Below are positions 19,265 through 29,577 of a DNA stretch of 64,000 nucleotides, piece by piece. Each line of letters opens with the position of its first letter. Positions within the stretch are counted from its first letter, which is position 1. Origin of the DNA: an uncultured Spirochaetota bacterium (GTDB lineage: Bacteria; Spirochaetota; Spirochaetia; SZUA-6; Fen-1364); assembly GCA_963734545.1 (NCBI GenBank), contig CAVTHO010000007.1, positions 193,236-257,235 of the forward strand, written 5' to 3'. The notes below the pieces were generated by a model, which saw nothing but the letters and a program-made list of their open reading frames with translations, was not told where the DNA came from and did not search any database. The position numbers were made by a program, and so were the translations under genes.

Positions 19265-21112
19265 TTAGGAGAAAAGCCCGGCCGTGTCCTCTCCCGGTGC
19301 CATCGCCCTCCCCAGAAGCTTCTTTTGCCATTCCGCGGACCCCGCAATGCCTTCATAGATGGCGGTACTGCGGGCCACGATCTCCTCGGGACTGGACGCG
19401 CGATCTCCTTCGCCGGAAATGCCATGGATGATCGACTGGATCAGGAAACCCGCGATGTTGCGCGCGGAAACCTCGAGGATGCCCCTGTCGACCTCGTCCA
19501 GTTCGCGCAGGCAGGGGCCGGGATCACCGCGGCCCGCGATGATCCGTCCCAGCGTCCGAGAGAGCTCGAGACCCCGCAACGCGGTCGAATGGAGTCTCTC
19601 CAGTTGCGATCCGAGATGCTCGACCGCCGTGGAGAGCCTGTGCGCCAGCCGCTCCCGGGTGGCCGGGTCCGGCCGCATCCCCCGCACACTCTTCATCCGC
19701 TCCGCGATCTCCGGCCTGACCACCGGAAGGCCGCACACCTCCTCTATCGCGGCCAGGGGCATTCCCTGGATGGCCGCACTGTCGGGGGAGAGGGTGAATG
19801 ATCTGACATCGGATCGAATCATGAGCTGATTTTCGAACCACCACTTGTAGAGAAGCATCCTCCGATCGGTGGGCGTGACACCCCCGGAAGCGGAGCGCAC
19901 GGGGAAAAGCCCGATTTCGTGCAGGAAGCGGAAGGAATTGCCTTCGAGCGGGGCAAGACGACTCGCGCCGCTCCGCCAGAGCTCCTCCGCATAGACTCCT
20001 CTGCAGTGGGTCCTCATGCCGGGAAAGCCGAGGTCGAGCCCCGCCGTGTAGATCGGATTCGCGCCAAGGAGCCTTGCAAGGTCCCACGCGGAAGTAGCCA
20101 CGGAGCCGCCTGCCCCCAGCTTGCCCTTCTCCCCCACTGCCGCCTCGAGAGTTTCCCCGAGTGGAAAAAGAGAGCTGCAAAGGAAGTACGAAGCGCCCGG
20201 CCTTCGGAAGACCCGCGGATTGGCAGACGGCTCCACGACCAGCGCGCCCTCCGCGCTCGCGGTCCAGTCCAGGTAGCGCGATGCCCAATACTGCGGGTCC
20301 ACGACCACCGTAAAGTCCGGCTCCACCCCCGCTTCCCGGCAGGGCTTCAGAGGCGTATTCACCGCTATGAGGAGAGCGTGCCTGCTGAGCTCGCGAAGGC
20401 GATGGCTGATGCTGTCCAGCGAGGGGCCTCCCGCGACAACGACAGCGGGGATGCCCCGGAAAAGGCCGGTGAGAGCCGCGACACCGGGGTACGCGAGGAA
20501 TGAGCGCATGTTGCGCGCCAGATTTCGAACCCAGAGCCTGCCGAACCTGTTGAGCGTGTTGATGTTGATGTCTCTCCGCAAAAGCCAGGAGCGTACCACT
20601 TCCTCCGCGGCCCGATACGCGTCAGGGTCGTTCTCCTGGGAAGGGCGGAGTCGAAGGAAGCCGGGCTTTGCCAGGGGAAGAGACTCCAGGAGCGGCGGAA
20701 GACTTTCCGGCGTGCTGCCGACGTGCAGGAGAATGCCCCGGTCCGAAAGAAGAGGGGAAAGGTCCCTGGCCGAGAGCGCGGCACGAAACACCTCGATGTT
20801 CGGTTCGACGACGAGCAGGGGCAGACCAGGAAATCGGGTCCGTGCAGCCTCCGTGCCGTACCCCAGGCCAAAACCGAGGATGATGACGGCAGTTGCCGCA
20901 GGGTCGATCTCCTTCTCTGCCTGAATGGCGGCGTCCCGCCGCGGATCGTAGCGGCTGTGCAGGAAAATGCCGTCCAGAGTCGCCGTAGGATGACCCGAGG
21001 GTGTGGCCTCCAGGTGCACCCGGGAAGCTGATTCTGCCGACTTTTCGAGAATAACGCCCGTCTGCGGGTGATACGCGGCGAGGATCCGCAGGTTCCGGTC
21101 TCGGATACTCAC
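19265..21112 (-). CDS. Maf/DUF115-family (motility-accessory-factor-like) putative glycosyltransferase
   Basis: 616 aa from a GTG that overlaps the PBP stop (GTGA). Motifs LHSRYDPRRDA and VVAGGPSLD are typical of Maf proteins. The longer 791-aa ORF in the track overlaps the PBP gene. Confidence 0.7.
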   Translation of the reverse strand: MSIRDRNLRILAAYHPQTGVILEKSAESASRVHLEATPSGHPTATLDGIFLHSRYDPRRDAAIQAEKEIDPAATAVIILGFGLGYGTEAARTRFPGLPLLVVEPNIEVFRAALSARDLSPLLSDRGILLHVGSTPESLPPLLESLPLAKPGFLRLRPSQENDPDAYRAAEEVVRSWLLRRDININTLNRFGRLWVRNLARNMRSFLAYPGVAALTGLFRGIPAVVVAGGPSLDSISHRLRELSRHALLIAVNTPLKPCREAGVEPDFTVVVDPQYWASRYLDWTASAEGALVVEPSANPRVFRRPGASYFLCSSLFPLGETLEAAVGEKGKLGAGGSVATSAWDLARLLGANPIYTAGLDLGFPGMRTHCRGVYAEELWRSGASRLAPLEGNSFRFLHEIGLFPVRSASGGVTPTDRRMLLYKWWFENQLMIRSDVRSFTLSPDSAAIQGMPLAAIEEVCGLPVVRPEIAERMKSVRGMRPDPATRERLAHRLSTAVEHLGSQLERLHSTALRGLELSRTLGRIIAGRGDPGPCLRELDEVDRGILEVSARNIAGFLIQSIIHGISGEGDRASSPEEIVARSTAIYEGIAGSAEWQKKLLGRAMAPGEDTAGLFS

Positions 21113-23007
21113 CGGAGCTCCAGGACGATCTTCGTTCCGTTCACGATCTGCGTGCCGGGGGGAGGGTCCTGCTTCGCGACGAACCCGCTTCCCCTGATCG
21201 TGACGGAGATATCCTTTCTCAGGAGCAGAGGGAGGAGCAGCTTCATCGGCGTCCCAGTGAGGTCGGGCATCACGGGCCCGATCTCGACCTGCTTCGGGGC
21301 AGGGGCGGGGACCTGTCCCGGGGCGGAAACCGCCTTTGCTCCTGCCCGCGGAATGCCCAGCTGATCTATGAGGCCTACGGCGATATCGTGGAAAACGGGC
21401 GCGGCGAGCGTTGAGCCGTAGTAGCTTTCTCCCTTGGGGTTCTGGATCACTACATAGACGATGAGCTGGGGATCGTCGGAAGGGAAAATGCCTATCATGG
21501 AGGCAACGAAATCGCTCTCCGAGTAGGTCCCGGTCTGAGGATTGGCCACCTGGGCGGTCCCTGTCTTGGCGGAGATCCTCACGCCCTCGACCGCCGCCCT
21601 GCGGGCGGTTCCTGCCGGTGCGGTGGCAGTCTCCATCCAATCGAGCATTTTCCGCGCCGAATCAGGGGAGACGGCTTCCCAAAGCGGCTCCCGGCCGAAC
21701 TCCTTGACGACTCTGCCCTGCGGGGAGACGATTTTCTTGACGATGAGGGGCTTGAGCAGGACTCCGCCATTGGCGATTGCGGATGCCGCCGCAAGCACCT
21801 GGACCGCCGAGACTGAGATCTCCTGTCCCATCGCGATGGTCGGCTTGGAGCGTGCGGACCACTGTGCCACCTTCCGCACCAGTCCGGGCGTCTCCGCCTG
21901 CAGGGGCAGGCCGGTCGGCCTGCCGAACCCGAACAGGGTGATCATGCGGAAGAAGCTGTCGTTGTCCGTCGTGTCTGAGGCATACGCCGCGCCCGCGTTG
22001 CAGGAAAGCTGGATGATTCTCTGGGGCGTCACATCACCGTGCGGCGCGATACAGCGGATACGGATCGTTTCGCCGCTGGGGAGTCTCTTCTCATAGTAAC
22101 CGGGACAGAAGAAGTGGCTGTCCGGCGTGATGGCGCCAAGGTCCAGAAGGGATGAGAGCGAGAAGATCTTGAACACGGAGCCCGGTTCATACGCGAGGGT
22201 CAGTGGTCGGTTCACCAGGGAATTGGGATCGATTTGCGGCGACTCCTTCTGGAACTCGTTGGGGTCGAAATCGGGCAGGGCGGTATATGCGAGGATCTCT
22301 CCCGAATGCGCATCCATGACGAGGACCGTCATGGAATCCGCCTTGTCCCCCGTCAGGGCGGCACGGGCGACTTTCTCCACGAGGTACTGCATATCCAGGT
22401 CGATAGTGAGGAAGACCTGGTTGCCGTAGACCGTGTCGGTGTCTTTGCCGACAGGCTGCGGGGCAAGATCGTTGTTGAAAGTGTACTCGATGCCGTCCAG
22501 CGCGACACTGTCCGCCCCCACGTAGCCTACCACGTGCGAGGCAAGCCTTCCCTGGGGGTAGAACCGTCCGGAATCCTCTTCCAGGCGGACTCCCGACAAC
22601 TTGCCTTCGCCCTTCAGCCGCTGGATTTCAGCGGACTCCGCCGGCGTGATTCTGCGCTTGATTACCGCGTAGCCGTCGTGACGGGCAATGTTGCCCAGGA
22701 TTGCGCTTTTCTCCATGCCCAGGGCCTGGGAGAGGAGCCCGGCCGTCTGGTCGGCGTTCGTCACCGAGGGAACCCACACGGACACGCGCTGGAGCTGGGT
22801 GGAAATTGCAAGAATCCGTCCGCGTCGGTCCAGGATGTTTCCCCGCTGCACCTCGGGGAGCACGATCGTTTCATCGCCTTCCCGCGCAGGGAGCACCACG
22901 GTGAGCCGGACGAGCTGCACGATGAGGGCGGCCGTAATGAGAGCGAGCAGGGAGGCGAAAATGAAAAGGCGCCTTCTGGCGCGTACCTTTTCGCTGCGGT
23001 CGATCAC
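21109..23007 (-). CDS. penicillin-binding protein (class B transpeptidase) with C-terminal PASTA domain
   Basis: SxxK (SVFK), SxN (SCN) and KTG (KTGTA) motifs. TM anchor LFIFASLLALITAALIV. PASTA-like C-terminus. The GTG start at 23007 lies behind GGGAGGGGA. A TTG at 23058 is an alternative start. Confidence 0.88.
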   Translation of the reverse strand: MIDRSEKVRARRRLFIFASLLALITAALIVQLVRLTVVLPAREGDETIVLPEVQRGNILDRRGRILAISTQLQRVSVWVPSVTNADQTAGLLSQALGMEKSAILGNIARHDGYAVIKRRITPAESAEIQRLKGEGKLSGVRLEEDSGRFYPQGRLASHVVGYVGADSVALDGIEYTFNNDLAPQPVGKDTDTVYGNQVFLTIDLDMQYLVEKVARAALTGDKADSMTVLVMDAHSGEILAYTALPDFDPNEFQKESPQIDPNSLVNRPLTLAYEPGSVFKIFSLSSLLDLGAITPDSHFFCPGYYEKRLPSGETIRIRCIAPHGDVTPQRIIQLSCNAGAAYASDTTDNDSFFRMITLFGFGRPTGLPLQAETPGLVRKVAQWSARSKPTIAMGQEISVSAVQVLAAASAIANGGVLLKPLIVKKIVSPQGRVVKEFGREPLWEAVSPDSARKMLDWMETATAPAGTARRAAVEGVRISAKTGTAQVANPQTGTYSESDFVASMIGIFPSDDPQLIVYVVIQNPKGESYYGSTLAAPVFHDIAVGLIDQLGIPRAGAKAVSAPGQVPAPAPKQVEIGPVMPDLTGTPMKLLLPLLLRKDISVTIRGSGFVAKQDPPPGTQIVNGTKIVLELR

Positions 23008-23402
23008 GGACAGCGTTCCCCTCCCCCGGACGCTAAATAGTAATATGGGCCGCAACAAATGTCGATATGGTGGTAAGAGCAGCTATGATCACAGTCCTCC
23101 AGCGCCAGAACGTGAGCAAGCGCGCGGCTCCTTCCGTGCACATGAGAGCACCCTCCCACGGTGTGAGCTGGAGCGGTATCGACGCGTCCGCGGCTCCGCG
23201 AGCCCCTCTCTCCCGCGCAGTTCTTGCGTCGCAGGTCCCTGCAAAATCGCGGGTACCGTTTTTTCATCCTGCCGGAGAGCACAGCTTTCTGCAGGGTCAG
23301 CTCATACGCGGCACGAAAAGACGCGCGGCCCGGAAGGCGGCGCGGGAGGCTCGTGCAAGGAGCGCCCCGGCCCAGAATTCGTGGGGCTCCGCAGCGCAAG
23401 AT

Positions 23403-23498
23403 CCGCATCGCGATACCTCGCGGATTCCGCATCGCGATACCTCGCGGATTTCGCATCGCGGTACGCCGCGGATTCGGCATCGCGGTACGCCGCGGATT
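23403..23498 (+). repeat. 4 x 24-bp tandem repeat of the CCGCGG hairpin family
   Basis: ccgcatcgcgatacctcgcggatt x2 followed by (t/c)(c/g)gcatcgcggtacgccgcggatt x2. Lies in the 0.5-kb divergent region between the PBP and M23 genes. Confidence 0.85.
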
Positions 23499-23588
23499 GG
23501 GCGGGGCAGCGCGGCATGGAGACGATCAGGCCAACGCTTGAGAGGACGCACGGAAGGCGGCCTGACCCGAAATCCGAGGAATACCGCG

Positions 23589-24542
23589 ATGCGAGGGCTC
23601 GCGCGCGCCGTGGCCAGGCGGCCATGGCTTCTTGTCGGATTGATCATCGTGGCCCTGGCGCTGGTTCTCTTCCCCGCCTTTGGTCTGGCCCGATTGCCTG
23701 TTGTACAGACACGTCCGGAAATTCCTTCACCCCCTGAAGTAGACCAGGCGCTGTACGGCATTCTCGTGCCGGAGCAGGTCTCGCGGCAGGAGAGCGATAT
23801 CAATCCCGTGCTTCTCACGAGCCTGAAAGTGACACCCTACACGACCAGGTCCGGTGATTCCATCTCCACGATTGCTGCACGATTCAAGCTGAATATCGAT
23901 ACCATCGTGAGCTGGAACGGCATCCGCGACGCGCGCAGGATCGCGGCAGGAACAGCCCTGGCCATCCCCAATGCCAACGGGCTGAAATACTCGGTGCGCC
24001 GCGGCGATACCCTCCAGGGCATCGCCCTTTCCTCCGGAATCGAGCTGAACAATATCCTCGACTGGAACAGGCTTTCCAGCTCGGTGATTTCCGTCGGGCA
24101 GGAGCTGTTCCTCCCGGGCGCGCGCATGAAGACAAGCGACCTGAACAGGATCCTGGGAAACCTGTTCATCTATCCCGTGCTGGGGAGGATCAGCTCGTAT
24201 TTCGGTGAGCGGGCGGACCCTTTTACGGGGACAGAGAGGGTACACAACGGGGTCGACATCGTGAACAAGCCTCTCACGCCGATCGCGGCGGCGATGGACG
24301 GGACGGTTGCAGGGGTCGGCTTCAACAATAATTACGGCAACTACGTGATCCTCAAGCACTCCGGCTCCTACCAGACCTTGTATGGACACCTGACGCGGTA
24401 TCTCGTCTCTCGAGGACAGAAGGTAAGGCAGGGACAGGAGATCGGCGAGCTGGGCACCACCGGGTACAGCACGGGACCTCACCTGCACTTCTCGATTTTC
24501 CACAATGGCGAGGCGGTTGACCCAATGCGTTTCCTAAAATAG
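23589..24542 (+). CDS. LysM-domain M23 (LytM) peptidoglycan endopeptidase
   Basis: TM anchor, two LysM repeats (YTTRSGDSISTIAARF.., YSVRRGDTLQGIALSS..) and M23 motifs HNGVDI and GPHLHF. ATG behind GAGGAA. Confidence 0.88.
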   Translation: MRGLARAVARRPWLLVGLIIVALALVLFPAFGLARLPVVQTRPEIPSPPEVDQALYGILVPEQVSRQESDINPVLLTSLKVTPYTTRSGDSISTIAARFKLNIDTIVSWNGIRDARRIAAGTALAIPNANGLKYSVRRGDTLQGIALSSGIELNNILDWNRLSSSVISVGQELFLPGARMKTSDLNRILGNLFIYPVLGRISSYFGERADPFTGTERVHNGVDIVNKPLTPIAAAMDGTVAGVGFNNNYGNYVILKHSGSYQTLYGHLTRYLVSRGQKVRQGQEIGELGTTGYSTGPHLHFSIFHNGEAVDPMRFLK

Positions 24543-24552
24543 AGTAGGGCCG

Positions 24553-25572
24553 GTGAGCACACATCGAGAACGTCTGCGGAACTACTTCACGATGCTCAAG
24601 GCGAGGCTGCTCATCCCTCTGCGCGCGCAGATCATGACCGCGGCGGCGCTGCTCCTGGTGACATCCGTGGTCCTGCTCACCCTCGACGCGCGGCTGCCAT
24701 TCCCTCCTCCTTCCGAGAACATACTCTATGACCCGAGCGACTGGTCCCTCCTGTTCGCAAATCCCGCGCGCCAGCCGGTACGGCAGGAGAGGAGCGCCGC
24801 TTCCTCCCCTTCGGTCGGCGGCTATTCCACACTGCAGTCTCCCCTGGCGATCCTCCTGTACACGGTGAAACCGGGAGACACGATCAGCGGCATCGCGACC
24901 AAGCTGGGGATGACCACGGATACGATCTCCACATTCAACAGGCCCGAAGGGCGCGGAGTGCACACTGTGACGGTCGGGGAGCAGATCAGGATCCCCAGCC
25001 AGGATGGAATCTATCTCACTTTGAGCGGCGACTTCGACGAGCTGTGCAGAAAGAACAAGGTGTCACCGGAGGAGGTCCTCGCGGCCAACTCGTTGACCCG
25101 AGAGGGGCTTGCCCAGGGCGTGAAGCTCTTCTTCCCCGGTGTCCAGCATGTCGGGTACGCGCTGGCGCTGCAGCAGGGCGTCGGCGTCGCCCTTCCGCTT
25201 CGCGGCTGGGAGACTTCCGCATACGGCCGCCGGGCCGACCCCTTTACGGGTCTGCCGAGCAGGCACAGCGGGGTCGATATCGCGGCCCCGATGGGCGCTC
25301 CCATCAAGTCGGCGAGCAGTGGGAGGGTCAGGGCAGCAGGGTGGGACGACATGCTGGGCAACTACGTCGAGGTGCGCGGTCAGATGGGGTACAGCTACGT
25401 CTATGGACACATGAGCAGGATCGAGACCGCGGCAGGGGCCTGGGTCTCCACCGGCCAGGTTATCGGGCGGGTGGGTGACACGGGCTATGCCACCGGTCCT
25501 CATCTGCATTTCGAGGTCAGGAAGTTCGGCGTCCCGCAAAATCCGAGATTTTATCTCCCGGGAATCCGATAA
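24553..25572 (+). CDS. LysM-domain M23 (LytM) peptidoglycan endopeptidase, paralog
   Basis: TM anchor, LysM repeat (YTVKPGDTISGIATKLG) and M23 motifs HSGVDI and GPHLHF. Confidence 0.88.
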   Translation: MSTHRERLRNYFTMLKARLLIPLRAQIMTAAALLLVTSVVLLTLDARLPFPPPSENILYDPSDWSLLFANPARQPVRQERSAASSPSVGGYSTLQSPLAILLYTVKPGDTISGIATKLGMTTDTISTFNRPEGRGVHTVTVGEQIRIPSQDGIYLTLSGDFDELCRKNKVSPEEVLAANSLTREGLAQGVKLFFPGVQHVGYALALQQGVGVALPLRGWETSAYGRRADPFTGLPSRHSGVDIAAPMGAPIKSASSGRVRAAGWDDMLGNYVEVRGQMGYSYVYGHMSRIETAAGAWVSTGQVIGRVGDTGYATGPHLHFEVRKFGVPQNPRFYLPGIR

Positions 25573-25590
25573 TTCCATAGAGGTCCTGGA

Positions 25591-26688
25591 ATGCGAAAGC
25601 TGATTCTCGCCATAGTTGCGCTCCTCGCTCTCTTCTCCGCGCTGCGGGCTTTCACCGAAGCCGTCCCGGCAGGCGAAGCCGGAGTGCAGCTTCATCCCGG
25701 GCTTTTGGAGATAGGAGACGGCGCGGCGAGCCTCGGCGTGGCGTTCGGCGTCATGGACGGACCGGACAGCCAGGCCGGCCAGTGGAGCCTTCTGCCCCTG
25801 CGCATCGTGTACCGCAGCGGCGACAGGAGCCTTTCCGTCGGGTTGAACGGCCTCTCCTTCCTGCTGAGCGGCGGGGTAAGCGTGGGAAGGCCGCAGAGAA
25901 TCTCGAGCCCGCGCGTCGGTGACGTGATCAGCGTCGGCGGCAGGGTGACGGTGGATGCCCGAGTGGACGGTGACGTATGGACCATGGGCGCGGACATCCA
26001 GCTCACTCCCCGGGCCGATGTCACCGGTGACGTGGTTGCGCTCGGCGGCAGGGTGATCGCGGCCGGAGGGTCGATAGTTCGCGGGAGCATCAGCCAGGAG
26101 CCGCGGCTGAAGATCCCGTACCTCGGGGTGCTCGGCACCCAGTTCTCCGTGCACGCGCTGGCATTCGGCCGGCACCTGCTGACCTACATTCTGCTCGGGT
26201 TCGCGCTCTTCCTTTCCAGCTACTATCTTTCCGCTCACGCGCGGGGGCTCTACCGGGCCCTGGGAGAGTCCTGGCGGCAGTCTCTTTTGACTCTCGCCTT
26301 TTCCGCCGTGCTCGTGCCGATCCTCGTGCTCCTCCTTGTCGTTTCCGTGATCGGCGTGTTTTTTCTGCCCCTGCTGGTCCTTGCGCTCATGCTCGCCGCT
26401 TTCGACGGCTTCATCCTGCTGTGCGCTCGTCTCGGGGGGCTCGTGCGCGGAGGGGCGGCCCAGGAGGGCGGGGGAGATTCGCTCTATCTCTTCTCCTCTG
26501 GTTTGCTGGGGCTCTTCCTGATCAAACTGCCAGCGCTCGTGGGTATAATTCTCACGATGCTCCGGTCCGAGCCGGCCGCCCGTGTGGGGCAGGTGTTGCA
26601 GCTGGTGAGCCTCGCGGCCGTTGCGGTGGGGCTGATCTACGGGTTCGGGGCCTCCCTGGCGCACGTCAGGGCGCGCGCGGCAAGATAG
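25591..26688 (+). CDS. membrane protein with bactofilin-like G-D-V beta-helix repeats and a multi-TM C-terminus
   Basis: Signal peptide, then VGDVISVGGRVTVDARVDGDVWTMGADIQL..VTGDVVALGGRVIAAGGSIVRGSI, then about 5 TM helices. Confidence 0.6.
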   Translation: MRKLILAIVALLALFSALRAFTEAVPAGEAGVQLHPGLLEIGDGAASLGVAFGVMDGPDSQAGQWSLLPLRIVYRSGDRSLSVGLNGLSFLLSGGVSVGRPQRISSPRVGDVISVGGRVTVDARVDGDVWTMGADIQLTPRADVTGDVVALGGRVIAAGGSIVRGSISQEPRLKIPYLGVLGTQFSVHALAFGRHLLTYILLGFALFLSSYYLSAHARGLYRALGESWRQSLLTLAFSAVLVPILVLLLVVSVIGVFFLPLLVLALMLAAFDGFILLCARLGGLVRGGAAQEGGGDSLYLFSSGLLGLFLIKLPALVGIILTMLRSEPAARVGQVLQLVSLAAVAVGLIYGFGASLAHVRARAAR

Positions 26689-26690
26689 CC

Positions 26691-26738
26691 GGGAAGCCGG
26701 CCGACACGAGGGCCTTTCGCGAGGCGTGCCGGTTTCCC
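26691..26738. terminator. long hairpin between convergent genes (candidate bidirectional terminator)
   Basis: GGGAAGCCGGC (26691-26701) pairs with GCCGGTTTCCC (26728-26738). The core GAAGCCGGCCGA resembles the repeat at 33438. Confidence 0.35.
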
Positions 26739-26742
26739 GCCC

Positions 26743-29515
26743 CTACTGGCCGTGACAGTACTTGTACTTCTTGCCGGATCCGCACGGGCAGAGATCGTTC
26801 CGCCCGACCTTCGGCACCGTTCGCTTCACCTGCACCTGCTGCGGCTGGGCGGCGCCGCCGCCGTTGCCCGCATGAAAGACTGCCGAGCCCGCGGCAGTCG
26901 TCCCCGAGCTTCCTCCCGCCGCGAACTGACCCATTGCGTTGTGTGATGCCTGCACCCCGACGGCGGCCCGCGCGGCCAGGGGCTTCTCCGGCGCCTGCTG
27001 GATCCGTACCCGGAAGATCTTGCGCGCAATGGCCGTCTTTATCTCGTAGAGCATGTCGTCGAATATCTGGAAGCCTTCCAGCTTGTACTCGAGCAGCGGG
27101 TTTTTCTGGCTGTAGGCGCGCAGGTAGACCGCCTCGCGCAGCGACTCGAGGTTTTCCAGGTGGTCCTGCCACCGGGAGTCGATGTTGCGCAGATACTCGA
27201 ACTGGATGAAGCGATTCAGCACCTCTTCACCGATCTCCGCTGCCTTCTCGTTGATGCTCTGGCTGAGCTGACCAAGGATGGCGCGGTTGAGTTCCTCCAG
27301 GGGAAGCGCGGCGAGCTCCGCGGCGCTCTGCGGGGGCTCGTAGAAGAGGCTCTCTTTCAGCTCGGCCAGGAGAGCGGCTACTCGTGCCTGGGGATTTTCG
27401 CCGGATTTCCGGTAGCGCTCGAAGATCTCTCCAAAGAGCTCCGCCCCGGTGGCAATGACCCTGTCCTTCAGACTGGTGTCGGAGATGATCTCGTCCCTCC
27501 GCGAGTAAATGAACTTCCGCTGCTCGTTGAGCACGTCGTCGTACTCCAGCAGGTGCTTTCTGACCTCGAAGTTGCGCTCTTCCACTTTCTTCTGCGCGCG
27601 CTCGATGGACTTGTTCAGCCAGGGGTGGACGATTGGTTCGCCATCCTTCATGCCCATCCGCGACATGAGGCCCTTGATGTTCTCCCCGCCGAACAGGCGC
27701 ATCAGGTCGTCCTCGAGGGAAATGTAGAAGTGCGAGGAGCCGGGATCACCCTGCCGGCCCGAACGGCCGCGGAGCTGATTGTCGATGCGCCGCGCCTCGT
27801 GACGTTCCGTGCCCAGCACGTGCAGACCGCCCAGCGACATCACCTCCTGGTAGTCGGACTGCCAGGAGCGATACTCGTCCGCAAACGCCTTGCGGTAGAC
27901 ATCCTCGCTGGCCTGGGTGCCGGCCTTCTTCCGCGCCCTGAACTCCGGATTTCCTCCCAGCTTGATGTCGGTGCCGCGGCCGGCCATGTTGGTGGCGATG
28001 GTCACCGATCCCTTCGTGCCCGCCTCCGCGATGATCATTGCCTCCCGGGCATGGTTCTTGGCGTTCAACACCTCGTGGCGGACGCCGCGGCCGATGAGCA
28101 TGCGGGAGAGCTTTTCCGACTTCTCGATCGAAATGGTCCCGACGAGCACAGGCTGCCCCTTCTTGTGCAGCTCCCCGATGGAATCACAGATGGCCGTGAG
28201 CTTTTCCTCTTCCGTCAGGTAGATCTCGTCGTCGGCGTCCGCGCGGACGACGGGGCGGTTGGTCGGGATGACCACCACATCGAGGTTGTAGATCTTGCCG
28301 AACTCCTGAGCCTCCGTGTCCGCGGTGCCGGTCATGCCCGGCAAGCTTGCCGTACATGCGGAAATAGTTCTGGAAGGTGATCGTGGCGAGTGTGCGGTTC
28401 CTCTGCGCGATCTTGATGCGTTCCTTTGCCTCGATGGCCTGGTGGAGGCCTTCGGAATAGCGCCTTCCATAGAGGATGCGGCCGGTGAACTCGTCCACGA
28501 TCTGCACCTTGCCGTCCTGTACCACGTAGTCCACGTCCTTGGCGTAGAGCTTGTGGGCGCGCAGGGCCTGGGTGAAATAGTGGATGAACTCGAAGTTCTG
28601 CTCGGTAAAGAGGGAGTCGCGGATGAGCCCGCGGCGCTGCAGCAGCTCTTCGATGTGGTTCATGCCCTGATCGGTGAACGTCACCCGCTTGTTTTTTTCC
28701 TCCAGCTTGAAGTCGCCCTTCGGCTGCGCATCCCCCTCCGGGTAGCGGCCGGTGGCGGGGTCCTTCTCACAATCCACGAGCTGATCGACGAGCTTGTTCA
28801 CCTCCGCGAACTTGAAGGTATCGTCCTCCGCCATGCCCGAGATGATGAGGGGCGTGCGTGCTTCGTCGATGAGGATGTTGTCAATTTCGTCCACGATGGC
28901 ATATGCGTGGCCCCTCTGTACCTTCTCCGCGGGGCTCCAGCACATGTTGTCCCTCAGGTAGTCGAATCCGAACTCATTGTTGGTGCCGTACGTGATGTCC
29001 CGGGCGTAGGACTCCTTGCGCTGCGCGTTGTCCATCTGGCTGAGGATGACCCCCACGCTCACGCCCAGCATGTTGAAAATCGGCCCCATCCACCCCGCGT
29101 CGCGCTCCGCGAGATAGTCGTTCACCGTGATGACGTGGACGCCTTCGCCGGTCAGGCTGTTGAGGTAGGCGGCGGGAACGCTCGCGAGGGTCTTCCCCTC
29201 GCCGGTTTTCATTTCGGTGATTTTTCCCTTGTGCAGGACGATGGCGCCCATGAGCTGAACATCGAATATGCGCTCGCCGAGCTTTCTCCGCGCCGCCTCT
29301 CGGACCAGGGCATAGGCCTCGGGAAGCAGGTTGTCCAGCGTCTCTCCTTTCGCCAGCCTTTGCCGGAACTCTCCGGTCTTCGCGGCAAAATCCTCATCCT
29401 GATACCTCATGACCTCGGGCTCGAGCGCGCTGATCTTCTGCATGAGCGGAACCAGTTCCTTCAGGTCGCGATCATGCTTCGACCCCAGGAGAAAGGTGAG
29501 GATTTTTTGGAGCAT
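26743..29515 (-). CDS. secA: preprotein translocase ATPase SecA (one frame break)
   Basis: [21 protein letters not shown] at the N-terminus, MKTGEGKTL, and the C-terminal zinc motif [15 protein letters not shown]. The frames join at plus-strand TGCCCGG (28335-28341). Removing one base gives ..[14 protein letters not shown].. Confidence 0.95.
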
Positions 29516-29577
29516 GGGGCCAATGTACCCCTCGAGAGATTGACAGGTCAAGGGAACGCCGCTACGATGGGGCGCCA

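Noticed and set aside
21113-21640. N-terminal extension of the Maf-like ORF (791 aa)
   Set aside because: It overlaps the 3' end of the PBP gene in another frame and is Arg/Gly/Pro-rich. A GTG that overlaps the PBP stop gives a sensible N-terminus.
23234-23265. Terminator-like hairpin plus T6 inside the PBP/M23 divergent region (possible small transcript or attenuator)
   Set aside because: The stem is imperfect (bulge and mismatch), and I could not define an upstream promoter or ORF.
23067-23588. N-terminal 174-aa extension of the first M23 peptidase (491-aa ORF)
   Set aside because: It reads through the 24-bp tandem repeat (IPHRDTSRIPHRDTSRISHRGTPRIRHRGTPRI). The internal ATG at 23589 has an RBS and yields a normal TM anchor.
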